This document shows positions 28,199 to 37,976 of a DNA stretch of 64,000 nucleotides, piece after piece. How positions within the stretch are numbered: the first letter of the stretch is position 1; the number at the start of each line of letters is the position of its first letter. The translations under genes and the position numbers were made by a program. Source of the stretch: an uncultured Chloroflexia bacterium (GTDB lineage Bacteria > Chloroflexota > Limnocylindria > Limnocylindrales > CSP1-4); the NCBI GenBank assembly GCA_963757055.1, contig CAVWPX010000008.1, forward strand, positions 272,298 through 336,297. Reading direction: 5' to 3'. A model generated the notes under the pieces. That model searched no databases and was not told where the DNA came from. It saw nothing but the letters and a program-made list of their open reading frames with translations.

Positions 28199-29122
28199 GA
28201 CAGCTCCTTCGCGGTGCGGTCGGACGGGCGTCCGGTGAGGGCGAGGTAGGCCTCGTCGAGGTTGGCCTGCTCGATCCGCAGGTCGTTGGCGATGATCTCG
28301 TGACGGGCCAGGACCGCGGTCACGGCGCCGATGAGGTTGCCGGTCCCGGTGACGACGACCGTCGGGCCGGTCCGCTGGACGCTCCGCACCTCGGGCAGGT
28401 CGGTGAGCAGGCGGTCCTCGATCGGCGCGGAAGGTCGGAAGCGGAGCCGCTGCTCCGGGTCGACCATCGAGACGATGCCGGCCGGGCGTGTCGAGCGCGA
28501 CCACCCGGCCGTCGCGGATCACCGCGACCCGATCGGCGAGGCGCTCGGCCTCCTCCATCAGGTGGGTGACGAGGACGACGGTGACGCCGCGGTCGCGGAT
28601 CGATTCGATGAGGTCCCAGGTGTCGCGGCGCGCCTGCGGGTCGAGGCCGGTCGACAGCTCGTCGAGGATCGCGACCCGCGGCTGGCCGATGAGCGCGAGC
28701 GCGATCGACAGCCGCTGCTTCTGGCCGCCGGAGAGGTGGCGGTACGCGGTGTCGCGCTTGTCCGCGAGGCCCAGGTCATCCATCAGGCGGCGTGGGTCCG
28801 CGGGGTCGTCGTAGAACGAGGCGAAGAGCTCGAGCGCCTCGCGGACGGTCATCCGGTCGGGCAGCTCGCTCTCCTGGAGCTGGACGCCGACGACGGCGCG
28901 GAGCCGGTCGCGATCCGCGCCGGGGTCGAGGCCCAGGACGCGGATCGTGCCCGAGTCGGGCGTCCGCAGGCCGACGATCGATTCGACGGTCGTCGTCTTG
29001 CCGGCGCCGTTCGGGCCGAGGATGCCGAAGATCTCGCCCTCCTCGACGGAGAAGGACACGCCGTCGACGGCGGCGCGGTCGCCATAGCGCTTGGTCAGGT
29101 GGGAGACTTCGATGACGTTCAT
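28195..29122 (-). pseudogene. ABC transporter ATP-binding protein; one frame interruption
   Basis: Walker A GPNGAGKTT, signature LSGGQKQRL, Walker B AILDELSTGLD. At about 28485 (a CCC run on the coding strand) it continues one base on as AGIVSMVDPEQRLRF..NLDEAYLALTG. Confidence 0.8.
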
Positions 29123-29365
29123 GACCCGAGCATCGGCCAGGGAGCGGGCCGCCGGCATCGGCGGGCCGGCCGGTTCTCGCGGCGCGGTCGGTCGATGCCC
29201 GGGTCAACCGAACGGTTGATGCGCGATGCGTTCGAAACGCCGTCCCCCATGCAGGCGGCTGCAATGGTCTGACGCGTCGCTGTGACAGGGATCGCCGGCG
29301 CGGCTGCCTATCGTCTGCAGCCGGGACGCGGATCGGACGGCGCCCCAGGGCCAAGGAGAGGTGCC

Positions 29366-29908
29366 ATGAGCGTGGAGCGGATCGCTCCGGGGCCGGCGAT
29401 CGCGAACATGAGCGCGCCGGACATCGATCCCGGCCGGCAGGAGGGCGAGGATCCCGGCGCGGGCGCGGTGCCCCTGTCGGCCGAGGCGCTCGAGCGGGCG
29501 TTCCTCGGCGATCCGGCGATCCTCGAGTCCTTCGTCGACGTCCTGCGGCGGGCGCTGCCGGACGGCACCACGATCATCCTCCGCGGCAGCGCGATCGCCG
29601 GACATTCCTACGAGACGGACGCGCCATTCGATGCCGACGGGCCGGGCACGAGCGATCTTGACGTCGTGGTGGTCGGCGAGGGCGTCGTCGACCTCTGGGA
29701 CGAGGACGCGCGGCTCGTGGGTGGGGTGAACACGCTGCCGTTGGGCGATTCGACGCCGTGCGCGGCGCCGGCGCTCGACCGCGCCCGGCGGGATGCCCAG
29801 GAGCTCGTGCGACGCCCGGTGAACATCCAGGGCATGGCGAAGTGGTTCCTCGACCTTCGTGGCGTCGTCCAGGGGACGCCGTACGCGGTGCTCAGCTCCG
29901 ACGCGTGA
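29366..29908 (+). CDS. hypothetical protein; possible minimal nucleotidyltransferase fold
   Basis: AAGGAGAGG precedes ATG 29366. The pattern RGSAIAGHSY..GTSDLDVVVVGEG resembles the GS..D.D nucleotidyltransferase signature, but with long spacing. Confidence 0.45.
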   Translation: MSVERIAPGPAIANMSAPDIDPGRQEGEDPGAGAVPLSAEALERAFLGDPAILESFVDVLRRALPDGTTIILRGSAIAGHSYETDAPFDADGPGTSDLDVVVVGEGVVDLWDEDARLVGGVNTLPLGDSTPCAAPALDRARRDAQELVRRPVNIQGMAKWFLDLRGVVQGTPYAVLSSDA

Positions 29909-30708
29909 GCCTTCGGATCGCGACATACAACATCCAGCGCGGGGGCCGAGCGCGCGTTCGCCTGCTCGGCACCGTCCTCGAGGCCATCGACCCGGACGTC
30001 GTCATCCTCCAGGAGGCCACCGATCCCGGCGTCGTGCGGGAGCTCGCCGATGTGGTCGGGGCCGACGTCCTGTCGAGCAGCCCCGGACGGTCGGTGGCCA
30101 TGCTCGCGCGCCCGATGCCCGTCGACGTCACGTGGCACGAGTGGGGCGGCGGGCATGGCGTCGCGGAGCTGCACCTGCTCGACCACGACATCCGCCTCTT
30201 CGGCGTCCATCTGACGGCCGGTCTCTCCGCGCGCGGGGAGCGTCGCCGGGCGTTGGAGGTCGATCGGCTCCTCGACCTGGTGGAGCGGCCACCCGGCCCG
30301 ACGCGGGCGATCGTGGCCGGCGACCTCAACGCGATCGCCCCTGGTGACGTGCTGGTCCGGGCGAGGCTTCCGACCTGGATCCGCATCCTCGTCCGGATCG
30401 ATGGCGGGATCGGCACGACCGTCATCGGGCGCCTCCTCGCGGAGGGATACACGGACGCCTATCGGCGGCAGCACGCCGAGGCGAGCGGGGCGACGATGCC
30501 CGCTGCCGCGCCGACGGTCCGCCTCGACTACTTCCTCCTCGGCCGCGGCATCGTGCCCGACGTGACGGCGTGCGATATCGCAGCGGATCGCCCCGAGCTG
30601 CGGGCGGCGTCGGACCATCTACCGCTCGTGCTCGACCTCGAACCGGGCCGAACTGTCATGCCGTCGATAGGCGGCGACACCGGGTCGCTTCTCGATCACC
30701 ACGGGTGA
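29905..30708 (+). CDS. endonuclease/exonuclease/phosphatase (EEP)-family protein
   Basis: GTG 29905 overlaps the upstream stop (GTGA). Motifs: LRIATYNIQ..VVILQEA..GDLNA..ASDHLPLVLDL. Confidence 0.8.
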   Translation: MSLRIATYNIQRGGRARVRLLGTVLEAIDPDVVILQEATDPGVVRELADVVGADVLSSSPGRSVAMLARPMPVDVTWHEWGGGHGVAELHLLDHDIRLFGVHLTAGLSARGERRRALEVDRLLDLVERPPGPTRAIVAGDLNAIAPGDVLVRARLPTWIRILVRIDGGIGTTVIGRLLAEGYTDAYRRQHAEASGATMPAAAPTVRLDYFLLGRGIVPDVTACDIAADRPELRAASDHLPLVLDLEPGRTVMPSIGGDTGSLLDHHG

Positions 30709-30778
30709 CGCGCCATGCTTCGAGCTCCGAGCGCGTGCCATCGCCGGGCCGCGAGCCGGAGACGGTCGAAAGGATCGG

Positions 30779-31583
30779 GTGACAACGATCAGCATCCATG
30801 ACTCGCCGCCGATCCAGCCGGGGGCATCGCTGGTCGCTGACGGCGCCCCGGCGGGCCTGCCCGCGGTCCCGAAGTCGCGCGGCACGCCGATCCTGATCGG
30901 CGTCGGCTTCGTGACCCTGTTCGCGTGCCTGCTGGCGTTCGGGCGGATCGCCGAGGAGATCCATCGCCAGGAGGCGATCGCGCTCGACGCCGTCGTGACC
31001 CCGATGCTCCACGGCTGGGCGACGCCGGCGCTGGATCAGGTCATGTGGACGATCACCACCATCGGGTCCACGGCGGTGGTCGCACCGCTCTTCGTCGTGC
31101 TCGAGCTGCTCCTGCTCCGCGTCCGGCGGCGCCGCGAGGCGCTGTTCCTCGCGGTGGCGATCCTCGGCAGCGTCCTGCTCAACACCTCGATGAAGCTGGT
31201 CTTCCAACGGCCCCGGCCGCAGCTGCCCTGGGCGCAGACGCCCTTGGATTACAGCTTCCCCAGCGGCCACACCATGAACGGCCTCGTCTTCTACCTCGCG
31301 GTCGCACTCGTCCTCTGGGTGGTCCTCGGCCCACGGATCGGGGTGGTCGCGACGGCCGCTGGCGACCGTGCTTGCCGTGCTCATCGGCATCAGCCGCATC
31401 TACCTCGGCGCGCACTACTTCACCGACGTGGCGGCCGGGTTCCTCGCGGGCCTCGCCTGGCTGCTCGTGGTCTCGACCGCGTTCGACGCGGGCGATTGGC
31501 TCGCCCGCTGGCGATCCCGTGGCACGGCCGCGTCCGGCTCGTCGCCGGCCTCGGTCAGGGCGGGCACCGATCCGCCGACCTGA
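30779..31583 (+). pseudogene. PAP2-family phosphatase (membrane); one frame interruption
   Basis: KLVFQRPRP..FPSGHTMNG in the first frame, then (about 31360) LAVLIGISRIYLGAHYFTDVAAG one base on. This gives the complete KxxxxxxRP / PSGH / SRxxxxxHxxxD signature. Confidence 0.75.
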
Positions 31584-31621
31584 CGGGAGCGCCGAGCGCG
31601 GCCCGCCTGACGGCGCCGCCC

Positions 31622-32464
31622 TCAGCGGCGGGGGACGAGGACCGTGAGGGCCAGCGGCCGGACCGAGATCGACACCGGGGTGCGCCCGACGACGCTGCCG
31701 TCCGTCTCGACCAGCCGCGCCGGGTCGGTCTCGATGCGGACCTCGCGAGCGCGTGCCCGGAACACGCGCCCACTGGCGCTTTCGCCGAGGTCCTGCTGCA
31801 GGAGCGCGTCCCATCCCGCGAGCAACGCCGGGATCGGCCCCGACGCGCGCAGGGCGATGACGTCGAGCAGGCCGTCGTCACCGCGGATCTTGCGGCGCGG
31901 CTGGACGACGGGCAGCATCTGCCCGAAGTTGGCGACGATGACCTCTGACGCGTCCATGGCATGGCGCGTCCCGTCGATGGTGATCACGTGTGGTACCGGA
32001 TGGAGGGCCCCGGCCTGCCCGATGGCGTTCGTCAGGTAGGCGAGCTTGCCCCAGTGCAGCTTCTGCTCCGGGTCGGTGGCGCCCATGACCTTCGCGTCGT
32101 ACCCGATGCCGCACGCGACCGTGAACGCGCGCTCCTTGCCGTCGATCGTGATGCAGCCGACATCGATCTTTCGTCCTCGCCCGGTCAGCAGCGTCCGGAT
32201 CGCGTGGTCGAGGTCCTCGGGGATCTTGAGCGCGCCGGCGAGCAGGTTCCCGGTGCCGGTCGGGATGACGCCGAGCTTCGTGTCCGTCCCTTGCAGCTCG
32301 GTGGCCGCCTCGAGCATCGCCCCGTCGCCACCGACGACGACGACGACATCGACGTGATGCGTGGTGGCCCGGCGCGCCAGCTTGCGCAGCTTGCGCTTGC
32401 GCACGACGACCCGGTCCTCCACCTCCCAGCCCTCCGCGCGAAGGGCTCGCGCGACCTGGTCCAC
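31622..32464 (-). CDS. diacylglycerol/lipid kinase (DAGK_cat, YegS-like)
   Basis: VDVVVVVGGDGAMLEA..LGVIPTGTGNLLA. The conserved first strand (RALVVGRRRKG) lies upstream of GTG 32464 with no ATG/GTG/TTG in frame. Confidence 0.8.
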   Translation of the reverse strand: MDQVARALRAEGWEVEDRVVVRKRKLRKLARRATTHHVDVVVVVGGDGAMLEAATELQGTDTKLGVIPTGTGNLLAGALKIPEDLDHAIRTLLTGRGRKIDVGCITIDGKERAFTVACGIGYDAKVMGATDPEQKLHWGKLAYLTNAIGQAGALHPVPHVITIDGTRHAMDASEVIVANFGQMLPVVQPRRKIRGDDGLLDVIALRASGPIPALLAGWDALLQQDLGESASGRVFRARAREVRIETDPARLVETDGSVVGRTPVSISVRPLALTVLVPRR

Positions 32465-32517
32465 GGTCTGTTCGTTCTGCCGGCCCTTCCGCCGTCGGCC
32501 GACGACGAGCGCGCGCG

Positions 32518-33513
32518 TCAGGAGCCGTCCGCGGGTCCGGTCGAACCGGGCAGCCGCGCCTCGTGCTCGACCTGCAGTCGGAGCCGATAGATCGTCGCCC
32601 AGTCGTCGTAGGGCATCGGCAGTCGCGTGAGGCTGTCGTCGATCGAGCGGAAGTCCGCGGCGGTCACGTGCCGCCGGTGGGAGATCTCGCGCAGGCGATC
32701 CTCGATCTCCTCGGATGTCTCACCGGTGGTCAGGTACACGTCCGAGAACGTGAGGCGTCGGGCGATGGCCGCCTTGGCCCGGGACGCCGCCGCCGGCTCC
32801 CCGAGGATGAGGGCCTCGGACGGGTACAGCACGATGTCGACGCCGTCACCCCGGAAGGCGCACAGCTCCTCCGCCGCCTCGTCGTGCGGCCGCCCACTCA
32901 CGGCCACGACCAGCCGGATGGGGATCTCCGCCGAACGCGGGGCCTTCACCCGGGCCACGGCAAGGCCGGCCTCCTCGAGGGCCGCGCCGATATCGTTCGA
33001 GACCGCGCCATATCGCCCCGGCTTGACGATCATGGGGATGTGCTCATCCTCCAGACCGTGTCGAGCCGCGCGGACCTGGCGCATCAGGCCGGCGACCGCG
33101 AGGAAGAGGATGGCGCCGGCGAGGACCGCCGTGAGCGGGTAGCCACGGACCATCTCGCCGAGCGAGGCAAGGAGGCCGGGTCGCCCGTCCGGCGCGAAGG
33201 CGATCCGCATCGAGAGCCCGATGATCGGCGGCAGCCCGAACGCGACGATGACCAGCGCCAGGCGCAGCCAGTCGATCGGGACGAAGCCGGGCCGGGGCAC
33301 CGATGAGATGAGCATCCCTCCGATGGTCGGAAGGACCACGGCGAGCACCGCGATGATCCAGACCAGCGACCCGAGGGCGACCAGCGACAACGTCGACTGC
33401 TTCGCCCTGGGGACGCGCCCATAGAGCAGGGCGATCGCCCAGCCGACCGTGGCGGTCGCGACGTCCCCGAGCAGGCGGTTCATCACCGCGACGATGCCGC
33501 TCAGCAGCGTCAT
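32518..33513 (-). CDS. membrane protein, unknown function
   Basis: 331 aa. N-terminal half has 5-6 TM helices and the C-terminal half is soluble. ATG 33513 overlaps the PhoD-like stop (ATGA). Confidence 0.65.
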   Translation of the reverse strand: MTLLSGIVAVMNRLLGDVATATVGWAIALLYGRVPRAKQSTLSLVALGSLVWIIAVLAVVLPTIGGMLISSVPRPGFVPIDWLRLALVIVAFGLPPIIGLSMRIAFAPDGRPGLLASLGEMVRGYPLTAVLAGAILFLAVAGLMRQVRAARHGLEDEHIPMIVKPGRYGAVSNDIGAALEEAGLAVARVKAPRSAEIPIRLVVAVSGRPHDEAAEELCAFRGDGVDIVLYPSEALILGEPAAASRAKAAIARRLTFSDVYLTTGETSEEIEDRLREISHRRHVTAADFRSIDDSLTRLPMPYDDWATIYRLRLQVEHEARLPGSTGPADGS

Positions 33514-35231
33514 GCCGCGACCTCCGCCTGCGGCCCGCTCGCAGCGAGGTCACGCCTCGCCTCCGGGATCGACTCGGTCACCGGGCCGGTCTCGGATTTC
33601 ACGGGGTGGTGGAGCTCGAAGGTCGCGTTCCGTCCGTGGAACGTGAGGGCGCCGAGATGATTGCCGAAGAACGGGCCGGCAGACGTCTTCCAGGTGACCG
33701 ACGCCGGGGTCACGCGCGCGAACCGGAACAGCGCTCGCGCTGAACGCTCGGCGCGGCCGCTCCATGCGGCCTTGAAGACCCCGCGCATCGGCAGCGGGAT
33801 GCTGTTGTGCAGCGGTGAGCAGGTCAGCTGGTACACCCGCGAGGCGACCGGCCGCCGGAGCGTCGCCTCGCTGACGTAGGTGTGGTGGACGTCGCCCGAG
33901 AGCACCGCGATCGTGGCCGGCGGGGGAGCCCCGTGGTCGCCCCGGCCGACCCGCTCGAACAGGGTGGCAAGCCGCTCGAACGAGGCACCGAACGCGCCCC
34001 AGTGCTCCAGGTCGACCTTGCGGCGGACCATTTCCGCGAGCCTCGCGACGAGGCGGCCGCGCGACCCGGCCGTGAGCGCTTCGTCGGCCGCCTCGAGATC
34101 GTGGAGGGCGCGTGGCAGGAGCCATGGGACGCTCGTCGCCACCAGCAGGTGGTCGTAGTCGCCGTCCTCCACCTGCGCCTCGATCCAGTCGAACTCCGGG
34201 TCGCTCACCATCTGGCGGTGGCCCTCGGTCAGGACCCGTCCGCATCTCGAGTCGATGACGAGGAGGCGCACCCGGCCGAAGTCGCGCCGGTACGACCAGA
34301 GGATCCCGGGGCCGCCGTCGGGCTCTCGGTCGGCGGCCTGGGCGAAGGCCCGGAGCCTCGTCTCACCGTCCGTCGCCGCACGGATCTCGCGATAGAGGTC
34401 GTTCGCGGCGAGCTCCGCCGGCGAGAGGTTGCCGAGGTGCTGGTAGATCCAGTAGGACATGAGCGCGCCTCCGATGCGGGCGCGCCACCAGCTCGTGGCC
34501 GTGATCTCGTCCCGCCACGACCGCGAGGTGTTCCAGTCGTCGAGGACGTCGTGGTCGTCGAAGATCATCGTGCTCGGGAGGACCGAGAGCAGCCAGCGGA
34601 CGTCGGGATCGCCCCAGGTCTCGGCGTAGAGCCGCGTGTACTCCTCGAAGTCGGCGACCTGCAGGTGGGGCGGCTGCCGGATATCGCGACGTGAGCGGAT
34701 GAACGCCTGGGTCTCGGGTGAGGTCTCGTCCGCATAGACCTGGTCGCCGAGGAGGAGCAGCGCGTCCGGCCACTCGTCCGTCGGCTCACCGGCCAGGCGC
34801 CGGGCGAAGGCGTCGAGGACGTCATCACCCGTGCCCAGCGGGTCCTTGACCTCGACCGTGGTGGGGGCCCGACACGACCCGAACACGAACCGGACCGGCC
34901 GCGTCGCGTCGATCGTGCGGATCACGCTCGGGGGGTAGGCCGTTCGGGGGTCGGGCCAGACGAGCTCCCCATCGATGCGGACCTCGTACGGCGTCGCGGT
35001 CCCTGCGCGGAGGCCATGGATGGCGACGATGGCGTACGTGTGTCCGGCGACGGTGAACGTCATCTCGCTGGCGACGGCATCCCCCGCGCGGATCTCGACG
35101 CAGCCCGCCTTGGACGTCTCGACCCAGATCGTGGCCTCGTGAGGACCGACGTAGCGCAGCACCGGCCCGAGGACCAACGGGTCCCGGGTGCGCGCGGCGG
35201 CTGGATCGATGGTGCTCACTGGGTCGACCAT
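33510..35231 (-). CDS. PhoD-like alkaline phosphatase/phosphodiesterase (metallophosphatase)
   Basis: 573 aa: LLLGDQVYAD..MIFDDHDVLDDWN..VLSGDVHHTY. Confidence 0.8.
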   Translation of the reverse strand: MVDPVSTIDPAAARTRDPLVLGPVLRYVGPHEATIWVETSKAGCVEIRAGDAVASEMTFTVAGHTYAIVAIHGLRAGTATPYEVRIDGELVWPDPRTAYPPSVIRTIDATRPVRFVFGSCRAPTTVEVKDPLGTGDDVLDAFARRLAGEPTDEWPDALLLLGDQVYADETSPETQAFIRSRRDIRQPPHLQVADFEEYTRLYAETWGDPDVRWLLSVLPSTMIFDDHDVLDDWNTSRSWRDEITATSWWRARIGGALMSYWIYQHLGNLSPAELAANDLYREIRAATDGETRLRAFAQAADREPDGGPGILWSYRRDFGRVRLLVIDSRCGRVLTEGHRQMVSDPEFDWIEAQVEDGDYDHLLVATSVPWLLPRALHDLEAADEALTAGSRGRLVARLAEMVRRKVDLEHWGAFGASFERLATLFERVGRGDHGAPPPATIAVLSGDVHHTYVSEATLRRPVASRVYQLTCSPLHNSIPLPMRGVFKAAWSGRAERSARALFRFARVTPASVTWKTSAGPFFGNHLGALTFHGRNATFELHHPVKSETGPVTESIPEARRDLAASGPQAEVAA

Positions 35232-35474
35232 GACCGCCGGAGTATCCGCGCTGCGGGTCGTGCGTCGTATCGCCGAGACCGTCCGCGCATATCAGTTGCA
35301 TGGCAGGTCGTGGCCGGTCGGCTGCACCGCTGGCCGCGACGCACCAGCCCGCTTGGTCGGGCTGCAACAAATCCGTGTCGTCGCGGCCGTCCGTCGGCGT
35401 ATGGACGTAGCCCGTCGAGCGCCACCCTGCCTCTATCCACCGGACGGATCCGAGGCAGGCGCTGGAGGTGATCG

Positions 35475-36218
35475 ATGGCGACCGGAGCGAGCGAACGCAC
35501 GGGAGCGCAGAACGCGGCCCTGGGCGTTCTTGCCCTCCTGGCCGCCACCGGATTTGCGGTCCTGACCTGGCTTGTCGCGACCGGCGTCGTGCTCCCATTC
35601 GATCGGCCGTGGCTCGCGACGGCGACCGCGTGGACGGCCCTCAACCCCGAATGGCATTTCCTCTCCGACGCCGCGAACTTCCCGTTGATCGGCATCGGCG
35701 TCGGCCTGGTCGCGGGACTCTTCCTGACGCATCACCGCCGTGAGGCGATCCTGGTCGTCCTGGTCCTGGCCCTCGCGACCGCCGGGAGCGAGCTCATCAA
35801 GCAGCTCGTGGCACGACCCCGTCCGCCGGGTGGTGATGTCGTGGTCCCGGGCGTCGTCTACAGCTACCCGTCCGGCCACGTCCTCGAAGCACTGACCATC
35901 TTCGGGATCATCGCGATCCTGCTCTGGCGGTCCGATCGACATCGATGGCTGGCGGCGGCCTTCGCCATCGCCACCGTCATCTTCGTCGCGCTCGTGGCCA
36001 CTGCGCGCGTCGCGCTGAACGCGCACTACCCGAGTGACGTCCTCGGCGGGCTGCTCGCGGGGATCGGCATCCTCGCCGCCTTCGCCATCCTCGTGCCACA
36101 CCGCTCGCCGGCGACCCACGGCGACGTCGTCGAGCCGACGCGCCGGACGCAACCCGCCGCCGCGACGGGGGCCGCGGCCACCGGGCAAGACATCGAGCAC
36201 CCCGCACACGCGGGGTGA
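35475..36218 (+). CDS. PAP2-family phosphatase (membrane)
   Basis: KQLVARPRPP..YPSGHVLE..TARVALNAHYPSDV. Confidence 0.85.
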   Translation: MATGASERTGAQNAALGVLALLAATGFAVLTWLVATGVVLPFDRPWLATATAWTALNPEWHFLSDAANFPLIGIGVGLVAGLFLTHHRREAILVVLVLALATAGSELIKQLVARPRPPGGDVVVPGVVYSYPSGHVLEALTIFGIIAILLWRSDRHRWLAAAFAIATVIFVALVATARVALNAHYPSDVLGGLLAGIGILAAFAILVPHRSPATHGDVVEPTRRTQPAAATGAAATGQDIEHPAHAG

Positions 36219-36260
36219 GGCATCCCACCCGCGCAACCAACGGAGCACAGGGAGAACCTG

Positions 36261-36467
36261 ATGGAGACGACGAACCGCGACCTCGGATCGGACATGGACC
36301 CCAGGACGAACGACGACGACGCCGACGCCGGGACCGTTGTCGTGGAGAAGGACAAGGACCTGCTCCGCGGCGGATCGGGCGAGCAGGGCCGATCCCGCCA
36401 CCCCGCGACCGACGAAGACCTCCTCAACGAAGGATCCGGCTGGTCGGAACCGACCGAAGATCGCTGA
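36261..36467 (+). CDS. small acidic hypothetical protein
   Basis: GGGAGAA precedes ATG 36261. 68 aa, GC3-rich, D/E-rich. No recognisable domain. Confidence 0.4.
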   Translation: METTNRDLGSDMDPRTNDDDADAGTVVVEKDKDLLRGGSGEQGRSRHPATDEDLLNEGSGWSEPTEDR

Positions 36468-36507
36468 CGCTCGCCCGCGCGTGAGGGCGCGGCCGAGCAG
36501 ACCGTGG

Positions 36508-37107
36508 TCAGGCTTGCCGGGCGAGCTCACCCGCCCGTCCGGCGGCGGTCGCGTCGGGCACCTCGATGAGGCGGCCGCTGCGGACGTCGTAGACGAACCC
36601 GTAGATCGGGATCCTGGCGGGGACGAGCGGGTGCGACCGGATGCGCCGGACGTCGTCGGTGACGCTGCCCGTCTGGTCGGCGATGGTCAGCCAGTCGATG
36701 TCGTCGCCGGCGGTCGAGCCGGGACCGGTCCCCACGTCGTAGAAGCCATCGGGCCCGAGGGCCGCGGTCTCGAGGCTGCTCGCGAGCAGGCCGCGGATCA
36801 CCTCGTTCGCGAAGAACTCCATGCCGCAGTCGGTGTGGTGGATGACGAACCACTCCGACGTGCCGAGCAGCTTGTACGAGATCACCAGGGAGCGGATGGC
36901 GTCATCGCTGGCCCGGCCGCCGGCGTTGCGGATCACGTGCGCGTCACCCTCGGCCAGACCGGCGTACTTGGCCGGGTCGAGGCGCGCGTCCATGCAGGTG
37001 AGGATCGCGAAGCCGCGGGCGGGTGGGAGGGCGAGCTGGGCCTCGGCGCCGAACGTTTCGGCGTACCGGTCGTTGGCGGCGATGACCTCGTCGAGGATCT
37101 GCGACAT
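36508..37107 (-). CDS. beta-class carbonic anhydrase
   Basis: [21 protein letters not shown] (Zn ligands C, D/R, H, C). GAAAGGAA precedes ATG 37107. Confidence 0.88.
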   Translation of the reverse strand: MSQILDEVIAANDRYAETFGAEAQLALPPARGFAILTCMDARLDPAKYAGLAEGDAHVIRNAGGRASDDAIRSLVISYKLLGTSEWFVIHHTDCGMEFFANEVIRGLLASSLETAALGPDGFYDVGTGPGSTAGDDIDWLTIADQTGSVTDDVRRIRSHPLVPARIPIYGFVYDVRSGRLIEVPDATAAGRAGELARQA

Positions 37108-37151
37108 CGGGTCGTTCCTTTCGTCGTGTGGTGGCTTGGACGCCGGCGCGA

Positions 37152-37682
37152 TCAAGCGGCCGGGACGGTGACGAGCCCGATGTGGACCGCGGCGGGCCGC
37201 TCGAGCGTGTTGCCGACCGGAGAGGTCCGGACGACGTCGGCATGGAGCGCCTCGATCGCCTCGACTGGGGCGTCGCTGCGGAGGTAGACCCGGGCATCGA
37301 CGCGCTGATACCCGGCGTGGCCGTCCGCAAGCCCGAAGAAGACCGGCAGGTCGATGTTCCCGTCGAGCTCGATGCGCAGGTCGTCGATGGTGATCCCGCG
37401 GGCCACGGCCCCCGCGGTGTAGCCGATGGCGAGGCAGGCTCCCAGCGCGCCGAGGACCTGCTCGACCGGATTGGCGGCGGTGTCGGTGCCGCCGAGGATC
37501 TCGGGCTCGTCCGCGAAGGTCGGTGGCAGGTCGCGAACATGGATCTCGTTGCGGAAGCCGCCGCGCCAGCGGACCTCGGCGCGGAAGGGCGTGCCACCGG
37601 CGGGCGGCTCGTCGACGAGCTGTCGGGCGAAGTCGACCACCGCGGTCGCGTTCACGCCGTTGGGCAGGGTCTCGGTCGTCAT
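37152..37682 (-). CDS. OsmC-family peroxiredoxin-like protein
   Basis: 176 aa: [40 protein letters not shown] precedes ATG 37682. Confidence 0.8.
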   Translation of the reverse strand: MTTETLPNGVNATAVVDFARQLVDEPPAGGTPFRAEVRWRGGFRNEIHVRDLPPTFADEPEILGGTDTAANPVEQVLGALGACLAIGYTAGAVARGITIDDLRIELDGNIDLPVFFGLADGHAGYQRVDARVYLRSDAPVEAIEALHADVVRTSPVGNTLERPAAVHIGLVTVPAA

Positions 37683-37795
37683 TCGGTGTGTCTCCCTGGG
37701 GAAGCGACCACGACGGGCGGTCAGGGGGCGATCTGGTGGGTCGATGGTCCCGACCGGGCAGCGGGGTCGGCGGCGCACCGCGGAGGTGGTGGACA

Positions 37796-37824
37796 CAGAA
37801 AAGCCGCAGCCCTCTGGCTGCGGC
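37796..37824 (-). terminator. rho-independent terminator of the adenylate cyclase gene
   Basis: On the minus strand, GCCGCAGCC-AGAG-GGCTGCGGC is followed by TTTTCT. An adjacent 18-bp palindrome GGGACCGACGTCGGTCCC lies at 37828-37845. Confidence 0.6.
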
Positions 37825-37976
37825 CCCGGGACCGACGTCGGTCCCTTGCATCCCGCGGGATGGCTGGACCTAACGCCCTGTGTCCCCTCCATGGGGCCGC
37901 CAGGGCATACACATGTCGGCTGCTCGGGTGGTCGAACTCACGACTGGACTATAGGCGACGGGCCAACCAATGTCTA

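Noticed and set aside
37925-37960. tRNA-like GGTCGAACTCAC segment downstream of the cyclase gene.
   Set aside because: It shows only a 3-bp T-stem-like pairing, and no acceptor, D or anticodon arms can be drawn.
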